Below are positions 57,012 to 64,000 of a stretch of DNA of 64,000 nt, one piece after another. Positions within the stretch are counted from its first letter, which is position 1, and every line of letters begins with the position of its first letter. This DNA comes from Planctomycetota bacterium (lineage in GTDB: Bacteria; Planctomycetota; MHYJ01; WSZJ01). The notes under the pieces were generated by a model. That model saw nothing but the letters and a program-made list of their open reading frames with translations, searched no databases and was not told the origin of the DNA. The position numbers were made by a program, and so were the translations under genes. The stretch lies in assembly GCA_038060895.1 (NCBI GenBank), contig JBBTCT010000024.1, positions 96,001 through 160,000 of the forward strand. The letters are read 5' to 3'.

Positions 57012-57758
57012 CTATTTTGTGTCGTAGTGCTTCGCCCACGCCGCGCGCGCCTTCGCGCCGTCTTCCCGCACCTGCTCCTCGCTGCACGCCGCCGCACCGC
57101 TGATTCGCACCAGCCCGCGATGCGCCATCGCCCTCACTTCGGCATCCGCATCCCCCACCATCTCCACCAGCAGCCCCGCCTGCTCCCGCCCCGCCAGATC
57201 CGCCACCACCCGGGCCGCCATCCTCCGGTGGAACACGTCCTTCTCGACGTCCGCCTTCTTCACCCACGCCGCCGCCGGTTCGACGCACCCGGCGCCGAGC
57301 TTCTTCAGTTTCGCGTCCACGGCCTCCACGACGCACCCGACCTCCGGCGTGCGCAGCAGCCGGTCGACCTCCGCCGCCACCTCCAACCGCCTCTTCTCCG
57401 CTGCCTGCGCGTCACTCGCCACGGAAGGCAGGCGACTCGCCACCGGCCGCTCTTCCCTTGCCCTGTAAAACGCGACCGCGATCAGAAACCCCGCCGCCGC
57501 CGCCAGCGGCAGTCCCCACCACGGAACTCCGGCCGATCTCTGCGCCCGCAGCCCGGCGAGCGCCCGCGCGGCCGCCGCTTCCGCCCGCTGGCCCACGGGA
57601 TCGAGGGCGGCGTTCAGGGAAGCGATTTCGGCGCGCCGTTCGGCGAGCGCGGCTTCGCAGGTCGGGCAGCCGCGCAGGTGGGCCTCGACCTCGGCGGGAG
57701 CCGGGTCTTCGCCGTCGGCGAACGCGTCGAGCCGCTCGCAGATTTCAACGCACGTCAT
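57012..57758 (-). CDS. zf-HC2 anti-sigma factor with TM and HEAT-like C-terminus
   Basis: HLRGCPTC; downstream of ECF sigma. Confidence 0.88.
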   Translation of the reverse strand: MTCVEICERLDAFADGEDPAPAEVEAHLRGCPTCEAALAERRAEIASLNAALDPVGQRAEAAAARALAGLRAQRSAGVPWWGLPLAAAAGFLIAVAFYRAREERPVASRLPSVASDAQAAEKRRLEVAAEVDRLLRTPEVGCVVEAVDAKLKKLGAGCVEPAAAWVKKADVEKDVFHRRMAARVVADLAGREQAGLLVEMVGDADAEVRAMAHRGLVRISGAAACSEEQVREDGAKARAAWAKHYDTK

Positions 57759-58251
57759 GGACCGCCCCTTTCAGCCGCTCGCGCAGCATCGCCCGGCCCT
57801 TCGTCAGCCGCGCGTTGACGGCGGCGGCGGAGAGGCCGAGGAGGCCGGCGATTTCGGAGTAGGATTTTTTGTCGAAGTGAAACAACGCGATGGTCTCGCG
57901 ATAGATCTCGGGGATTTCGAGAAGCGCCCGCCTGATGCGGTCGCCTTCGTCCACGGGCACCACCGGCTCCGGCGCGGGCACGGCGCCGGCTTCGTCGCCG
58001 AGCCCGGGGGGCCGTTTTTTCCGCGCCCTTCCCCACTCCCGGCAGACGTTTTCCGCGATGCCGCGCACCCAGGCGCCGAACTTTTCGAGTTCCCGGAGCG
58101 CCCCGAAATCGCGGCAAGCCCGCATCATTGTCTCCTGGACGAGGTCATCCGTCTCGACGACGTTCCCGGTCCTGGACCAGCAGACAGCGCCGACGGCACG
58201 GGCGTGCCGGCGGACGAGATCCTCGAGGGTGCGACGGCGGTCGGGGGTCAT
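57745..58251 (-). CDS. ECF RNA polymerase sigma factor
   Basis: DDLVQETM, FGAWVRGIAEN, SYSEIA..LG..V..RL.KGR..LR. Confidence 0.93.
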   Translation of the reverse strand: MTPDRRRTLEDLVRRHARAVGAVCWSRTGNVVETDDLVQETMMRACRDFGALRELEKFGAWVRGIAENVCREWGRARKKRPPGLGDEAGAVPAPEPVVPVDEGDRIRRALLEIPEIYRETIALFHFDKKSYSEIAGLLGLSAAAVNARLTKGRAMLRERLKGAVHDVR

Positions 58252-58354
58252 CGGACGCACTATTGTGACGCGCGAGGGGGGGAGTAATACCGGGGGGCCG
58301 AAAATAGGCGAGGTGGCCCCCCTTTGCCCGGAACCCGCAACTTCAAGAGGCTAA

Positions 58355-58438
58355 CTTCAACTCCAATCCCCTGTTCGGCGGAGTTTGTAATTGTCCGTTT
58401 GTAGTTGCCGTTTGCTTGAAGCTTGAAGTTTGAAGTTG
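58355..58438 (+). repeat. 84-bp direct repeat, copy 1 (within hairpin 58330-58445)
   Basis: 79/84 identical to 59323-59406 by manual alignment. Confidence 0.88.
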
Positions 58439-58497
58439 CGGTCCCGCGCTTCAAAGGGAGCGCCTATGATCAAAATCAAATTCATTGATAAATGGGC

Positions 58498-58525
58498 TTG
58501 ACAGAAGCCCGCCAAGGGGTATAAC
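58498..58525 (+). promoter_or_regulatory. near-consensus sigma70 promoter
   Basis: TTGACA-16 bp-TATAAC with AT-rich upstream tract. Confidence 0.6.
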
Positions 58526-58668
58526 TAAATACGAACATTTGCGACCGGCGCCTCCCGGGCACCGGGGGTTTCAATCGCGGGCACTCCTGCGACGTGCGGG
58601 AGTCTTGCGTTGCGGGAACTTCTCGCCTCCCGGGAGGATCGAGCCATGCCGCTGGTAGAATTGCATCC

Positions 58669-59268
58669 ATGCAGATTCATCCGTCGCACTTCACCGAAGA
58701 CGACATCGCGGAGCGCCAGCGCCTCGGGCTGGACCTGTTCGACGAGGAGTGGGAAGGGGTCTACCACGTGACTCCTGCCCCGTCCGTCGATCATCAGGTC
58801 GTGCTCACCGGACTCCTTCGTTTTCTGGGAGCGCTTCTGGAATCACGCGGCGGCGGGACCGTGCTGCCCGAAGTGAACGTCTTCCGGGAAGGCCCGAAGC
58901 AGCCCGACTACCGTGTGCCCGATCTCGTGTTCGTGGCCCTCGGACGCGAGGCGATCATTGCCCGCGACGGGATCCGCGGCGGCGCGCCGGACGCGATCTT
59001 CGAGATCCTTTCGCCGCGCGATGAGAGCTACCAGAAGTTCGGCTTCTACGCGGCGATCGGAGTCCCCGAAATCCTCATCGTGGGTCCCGAAGAGCGCGCC
59101 GCGGAGGTCTGGGCGCTTGCGGAGGGTCGCTACATGAAAGTTCCAGCCGGCGCCGACGGCGCAGTCGTCTCTCGGGCGCTCGAAGTGTCGTTTCGCACAC
59201 AAGCCGGCAGCCCGGCGCGTCTCGAGCTCACGGACCGTCGCAACCCGTCACGGCGCGTGACGATCTAA
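58669..59268 (+). CDS. Uma2 family (PD-(D/E)xK) endonuclease
   Basis: PAPSVDHQ, RVPDL, PDAIFEILSP, K..FYAAIGVPE. Confidence 0.9.
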   Translation: MQIHPSHFTEDDIAERQRLGLDLFDEEWEGVYHVTPAPSVDHQVVLTGLLRFLGALLESRGGGTVLPEVNVFREGPKQPDYRVPDLVFVALGREAIIARDGIRGGAPDAIFEILSPRDESYQKFGFYAAIGVPEILIVGPEERAAEVWALAEGRYMKVPAGADGAVVSRALEVSFRTQAGSPARLELTDRRNPSRRVTI

Positions 59269-59322
59269 CTGGCTCCCGGTTGATTCTGTGCCATTCATCC
59301 GCCGCAAATTTCGGCGCGCCAC

Positions 59323-59406
59323 CTTCAACTCCAATCCCCTGTTCGACGGAGTTTGTAGTTGTCTGTTTGTAGTTGCCATTTGCTTGAAGATTGAAGTTTG
59401 AAGTTG
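59323..59406 (+). repeat. 84-bp direct repeat, copy 2
   Basis: See copy 1. Confidence 0.88.
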
Positions 59407-59425
59407 AAGTTGCCGGTTCCCGCTC

Positions 59426-59758
59426 TCAGGAGAGCTCCTTCGCCAAATCAATCGCCTCGTCCACAAGCGCCAAAAACCCCCCCACCACCGTCAGCGCCTT
59501 CGAAAGCCCGCCAACCCTCCGGATCGCACTATCCACCCGATCCTTGGCCGCGCTGACTTTCCGGACGCTCTTCGCCAACCCCGCCGACTCCTCCTTGAAC
59601 AACAGCTGCCCCGCCAGCGCCACCCGGTGATTGAACTCCTGCATCTCCCGCACGATCACCCCCGCTTCCGCTGCCGAAGTGACCGTGTCGAGTCTCTTCG
59701 ACAGCTCCTGCACCCGCCCCGCCAGCACTTTCTGCAGCTCGCGCATCGAGTCGTTCAT
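59426..59758 (-). CDS. small helical hypothetical protein
   Basis: ATGA overlap with upstream lipoprotein; GGAGGTG RBS. Confidence 0.72.
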   Translation of the reverse strand: MNDSMRELQKVLAGRVQELSKRLDTVTSAAEAGVIVREMQEFNHRVALAGQLLFKEESAGLAKSVRKVSAAKDRVDSAIRRVGGLSKALTVVGGFLALVDEAIDLAKELS

Positions 59759-60582
59759 TTGTCACCTCCCGTGTCCTTGAAGATCTTCGCGGCGTGCGCG
59801 ACCTGCTTGCGCAGGAAGGCGACCATCCGCTCGGCGTCGATCGTCCGGCCCTGTGAAGCGGCCGTGTGGGCGTCGGCGAGGTCCAGCAGCGCCCGGCGCA
59901 CCGCCGCGAGCGCCGCGTCGGCCTCGTCCCGCGATTCCAGGCGGGACGCGTACGTCTGGGCGATCACGTGCTTCTCGTGTGACGCGCTTTCCGGGAATCC
60001 CTTGCGCGCTTCGTCGGCGAAGAGCGTCCACGCCGCCCAAACGGTCGTGCGCACGCCGCCGGCCTCCGGGCCGTCGCCGATCATGTCCGCCATGCGCGTC
60101 AGCACGTCGCGCACGTGGGGGTCGGCGTCGAGCATCGCTTCGCGCGCCGCGTGGCCGGCGACCGAGCGCGTCAGGAACCCGCCGAGGCCGGCGACCGCCT
60201 TCGTCAGCTCGTCCGTCCCGGGCCCCATCGCCTCGATCCGCCGCCCCAGCTTCCCGACCGATTCTTCCACCCCGTCGCCGCTTTTCGGATCCGCGAGAAT
60301 TTCGAGCGCCGAGGCGTACGCCGAGAGGGCCTCCAGCGCCCTGTTCCACTGCGCGAGCGACGCCGGGTCGAGCGCGGGCGAGACGTCGGACTCCTTGAGC
60401 ATCGTCAGGGTGCCGACGCGGCTGATCTGCGCCTTGCGGGCCGTGCGATTGACGTCGAGGAAGACCTCGCGGCTCTCCTTCTGCACGGCGGAGAGCCCTT
60501 CGCGAAAGCTAGAGAGCGACTCGCGCGAGGGCGCGGCACACCCTGCGACGAGAATGAGGAACAGGCAAAGCAAGCGTCGCAT
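59755..60582 (-). CDS. helical lipoprotein, hypothetical
   Basis: Lipobox VAGC; GGAGG RBS. Confidence 0.8.
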   Translation of the reverse strand: MRRLLCLFLILVAGCAAPSRESLSSFREGLSAVQKESREVFLDVNRTARKAQISRVGTLTMLKESDVSPALDPASLAQWNRALEALSAYASALEILADPKSGDGVEESVGKLGRRIEAMGPGTDELTKAVAGLGGFLTRSVAGHAAREAMLDADPHVRDVLTRMADMIGDGPEAGGVRTTVWAAWTLFADEARKGFPESASHEKHVIAQTYASRLESRDEADAALAAVRRALLDLADAHTAASQGRTIDAERMVAFLRKQVAHAAKIFKDTGGDK

Positions 60583-60850
60583 GAGGACCTCCAGAACGGA
60601 CAGGGGGGGGTGAAAGCAGGCAGCAACAGCCGAACAATGTCGGAACCGGGAGCGCAGGCGTCAAACCAAACAACCCCTCAAACCACCCCCGTAAATTTCC
60701 GTTTGAAGTTGTCCCCTTGCCTGGAACTTCGCTCTCTTGCAGTTGAAAGTTCCGGGCACCAGCCCGGCACCGTCCGCCCGCAACCGCAGGCCGGCCAATG
60801 ACCGTTGATTCGATTGACACTCCGCCCACCCCTCCCCTGCAATAACCCCC

Positions 60851-61792
60851 ATGTCCGCCCCCCTCGCCCCCAATTCCCGCGTCTGGATCGCCGGCCACTC
60901 CGGCCTCGTCGGCTCCGCCCTGGTCCGTCGCCTCGAAGCCGAGCCCGGGCTGGAGCTGCTCGTCCCTCCCCACAACCAGCTCGACCTGCGCAACCAGTCC
61001 GCGACGCGCACATGGATCGCCGCGAACCGCCCCGACGCCGTCTTCCTCGCCGCCGCCCGCGTGGGAGGCATCCAGGCCAACGTGGACCGGCCCGCGGACT
61101 TCCTCTACGACAACCTGATGATCACGGCGAACGTCCTGGAAGCGTGCGCCGAGAAAACCACGGCCAAGGTCCTCGTCCTGGGCAGTTCATGCATCTACCC
61201 GCGCGAAGCCCCGCAGCCCATCCCCGAGACCGCCCTCCTGACCGGCCCGCTCGAGCCCACCAACGAGGCCTACGCGATCGCGAAGATCGCCGGCCTGAAA
61301 CTCGCGCAGGCCTACCACCGCCAGCGCGGCTGCCGTTTCATTTCCGCGATGCCCTCCAACCTCTACGGCCCCGGCGACAACTTCGACCTCTCGACCTCCC
61401 ACGTCCTCCCGGCGCTGATCCGCAAGTTCGACGAAGCGAAGCAGGACGGCACCGTCACCGTGTGGGGTTCCGGCCGGCCCCGGCGCGAGTTCCTGTACGT
61501 GGACGACCTCGCCGACGCGCTGGTGTTCCTGATGAAGCGGTACGACGACCCCGATCCGATCAACGTGGGGACAGGCGAGGACGAGACGATTCTCGAGCTG
61601 GCGGAGCGCGTGCGGGACATCGTCGCGCCCCGGGCGCACGTGGCCTTCGACGCGACCAAACCGGACGGCACGCCGCGAAAGCTGGTCGACGTCAGCCGCC
61701 TTCACGCGCTCGGCTGGAAGCACCGGACCGGGTTGAATGAAGGAATCCGGGCCACCTGGGAGTGGTACAAGATGCAGGCGGGGCAGATCTAG
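60851..61792 (+). CDS. fcl: GDP-L-fucose synthase
   Basis: GHSGLVGS, AARVGGI, GSSCIYP, YAIAK, NLYGPGDNF, SHVLPA, KPDGTPRK. Confidence 0.96.
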   Translation: MSAPLAPNSRVWIAGHSGLVGSALVRRLEAEPGLELLVPPHNQLDLRNQSATRTWIAANRPDAVFLAAARVGGIQANVDRPADFLYDNLMITANVLEACAEKTTAKVLVLGSSCIYPREAPQPIPETALLTGPLEPTNEAYAIAKIAGLKLAQAYHRQRGCRFISAMPSNLYGPGDNFDLSTSHVLPALIRKFDEAKQDGTVTVWGSGRPRREFLYVDDLADALVFLMKRYDDPDPINVGTGEDETILELAERVRDIVAPRAHVAFDATKPDGTPRKLVDVSRLHALGWKHRTGLNEGIRATWEWYKMQAGQI

Positions 61793-61943
61793 CAGGTGGA
61801 GCTGCGCACGGCATCGACATGGCGCTCGCGGGATCAAGGAACTACGCGAGAGTCCCCTGTTTCACCGCCGGAACCTGCAGGATGCTCCAAGGTCCCGCGC
61901 GCTCCCATTGTCGCTGCGCGGAGCGAGCCATTACACTTCCCGG

Positions 61944-62389
61944 GTGACCACGGCGACGCACACAGAATCCCTGGAGTATGGCTCAACGTCACTTCGTCCA
62001 CCGACGAGCTGGCAGGGTTCGTCAATCTGGATAACCACCTCTTCATGCGGCGGCTCCCCTGCGCGCCCCCTGTCCGGCCGTTTCTTCCCCGGCACTACCC
62101 TCCGCTCTTCGACCGATGCAGAGATGCCAAGGCCAGGGCGAGCTTGATCCGTCAGGGCTGTCGCCGGAGACTGCGGTTCCGCGACGGAAGCGTCGAGCAC
62201 ATCCTCTGCTTCTACTTCCACGAGCACGTCTATCCCAACCAGGTGGACGCAATTCTGACAGATTTCCGCAGAGTCCTGCGCCTCGACGGGACCCTTTACG
62301 TCATCGTGCCGGCCCAGGCGTTGCTGTCGGGCGTGCCCGTCTCGGTGCAAGTCGTGGTGCTGCGCCCCCGGGAAGGAGCTTCGCTCTGA
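61944..62389 (+). pseudogene. class I SAM methyltransferase fragment
   Basis: GFVNLD, DGSVEHI, EH, FRRVLRLDGTLYVIVP then abrupt end; likely GTG start is out of frame. Confidence 0.55.
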
Positions 62390-63486
62390 AGACAGAGTTC
62401 CGGGGTCCGGGATGGCTTCCCAGCATCGATGTGCTCCGCGCCCTCGCGGCGCTCGCGGTCGTCGTCGGGCATTCGGTCCAGCAGGGCTTCGGCGAGGCGA
62501 TCGCTCCTTCCCTTTTCGGAAGACTCGCTTGGTGGCTCGGGCAGTGGGGAGTCACCCTGTTTTTTGTCCTTAGCGGCTTCTGCATTCACCTGCCCCACGC
62601 CCGGCGGCTCGTCGCCGATGCCGAAGCGGGCGTCGACTGGCGCCGGTTTCTGCGTCGCCGCGCTTTCCGGCTGCTGCCTCCGCACTACGTTTCGATGGCG
62701 GTGGCCGCCGTCGCAGGGTGTTTCATCCAAACCAATCTCATTGGCGCGCCCACGCTGCGCAACGTGGCGGCCCACGTCTTCATGTTGCATACCTTCTTCG
62801 GACCGGCGATGTACTACAGCATCAACGGCGTCTTCTGGTCGATCGCGATCGAAGTGCACTTCTATATGGCATACCCGCTGTACCTGGGCATGCGCCAACT
62901 TGTGGGCACCTTTGTTGTGCCGGCGGTCCTGCTGGCGGTCGGGCTTCTGATCTACGGCGTCTCCCGGTTCGCTTTCGAGGGCGACGCGAGATTTGTCGTG
63001 CAGCACCTGTTCCTCGTGACGTGGTGGCAGTGGGGTCTCGGTGTGCTGCTCGCCGACCTTCACGCGAGGGGCTCGTCATGGCTCTCGCCGGCGTTTCGGT
63101 TTCCGGGCGCCCTTGGGCTCTATTCGGTGATTTCGCTTGTTCTTGCGTGGACCGACGTGACGGTGCTCAGGCTCCACGTCAACGCATGGGTTCTCCCGCT
63201 GGTCTGCTTCTTCCTCCTCGGCGCGTCCATCTCGCGAGAGCGCATACGCATCCGGTTCCTGGAACACCTGGGCACGGCCTCCTACTCGCTTTACCTCATT
63301 CACCCCGTGGCGCTAGCCTCCCTCGTCGTGCTTCGCGGCCGGCTGTCCGACGCCGGCATGGCAATCCTCTGCATCGTCGCTTCGGTGATCTTCGCGCTCG
63401 CTTTCTTCCAGTTCGTCGAGCGTCATTTCATTCCGCGCCGCACCAACTCTGCGGCGCCGCAGCGGGCTACCGGGCCGGTTTCCTGA
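62386..63486 (+). CDS. acyltransferase family 3 (OafA-like)
   Basis: IDVLRALAAL.VV..H, GVTLFFVLSGF, WSIAIEVHFY, SYSLYLIH; start uncertain. Confidence 0.92.
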   Translation: MKTEFRGPGWLPSIDVLRALAALAVVVGHSVQQGFGEAIAPSLFGRLAWWLGQWGVTLFFVLSGFCIHLPHARRLVADAEAGVDWRRFLRRRAFRLLPPHYVSMAVAAVAGCFIQTNLIGAPTLRNVAAHVFMLHTFFGPAMYYSINGVFWSIAIEVHFYMAYPLYLGMRQLVGTFVVPAVLLAVGLLIYGVSRFAFEGDARFVVQHLFLVTWWQWGLGVLLADLHARGSSWLSPAFRFPGALGLYSVISLVLAWTDVTVLRLHVNAWVLPLVCFFLLGASISRERIRIRFLEHLGTASYSLYLIHPVALASLVVLRGRLSDAGMAILCIVASVIFALAFFQFVERHFIPRRTNSAAPQRATGPVS

Positions 63487-63574
63487 CCGCCACACTCGTC
63501 AGCCCCTCCGCCCCCCGCGCCACACCCCGGGCCCCATGCCGGCTCAGGATTTTCAGCACATACCGCGCCGCCAC

Positions 63575-63902
63575 TCCCCACGCCTGTAGAAGAGAAGGCC
63601 GCGTGAGGTGGAAGTCGTGGCGTCTAAGCGGAAGGCGAACTCGTCCAGGTATCAGGGCAGATGGTTGGGCTCGACCCGGCCTCCGCCCTGCCCAGCAGCC
63701 GGCGTTTCAGGAGCGAAGCTGCGCGATGAACGCGCGACAGGCGCTTCGAGTCGTCCACGATCACCCTGGAGCCCGACTCGATGGCGTCCTTCACGAAGAG
63801 ACTCCGGCCCTCGAAGGACGCGTCGGGATTGCGCTTCAGCCGGAAACGCCCGATGACGTTACGGTCGACTTGGGCGGCGGCGACGACCAAGGGCTTGTTT
63901 CC
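63575..63902 (-). pseudogene. IS1595-family transposase remnant
   Basis: LVVAAAQVD..IGRFRL..PDAS, FVKDAIESGS, RVHRAASLLKRRLLG, then after a frameshift HLP*YLDEFAFR and RGLLFYR. Confidence 0.75.
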
Positions 63903-64000
63903 CGGCTATTAGGCGGGACTGGGGAAAGCTTCACACCGACCCCCCTCAAGCGCGATGCAGCACTCACGCACCGCCTTTGCGGCAATCCGGGCATCCTGCA

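Noticed and set aside
58568-58605. GTTTCAATC resembles the start of a CRISPR repeat
   Set aside because: Single occurrence, no repeat-spacer periodicity and no cas genes in the window
60660-60760. Third copy of the 84-bp repeat
   Set aside because: Only short similarity (CCGTTTGAAGTTGTCC); cannot be aligned over the full length

Overview
GC-rich bacterial chromosomal window. The gene content (DUF1559-type prepilin, CRTAC1/ASPIC, WD40/TPR/HEAT proteins, Ser/Thr kinase, ECF sigma/anti-sigma) suggests Planctomycetota (inference). The main accessory feature is a tRNA-Asp(GTC) gene at 3224-3297 carrying two tandem islands bounded by partial tRNA copies at 9795-9820 and 12613-12641. The first is a ~6.5 kb satellite-like element: tyrosine integrase, RHH regulator, excisionase-like HTH, primase-polymerase/helicase and a divergent sigma-factor-like protein, with no capsid, terminase or conjugation genes. 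The second is a ~2.8 kb integrase-less element carrying one hybrid histidine kinase. The rest holds three hybrid sensor kinases in total, two His-rich lipoproteins (one an un-called 35-codon ORF), a secreted protein with an ART-like tip, an XPB helicase plus partner, mutY, glgC, fcl, tandem truncated STAND-like TPR genes, a Uma2 gene between 84-bp direct repeats, an IS1595 remnant, and several families of heptamer/nonamer-built inverted repeats. Many genes look leaderless. All calls come from motif recognition by eye; no database search was run.
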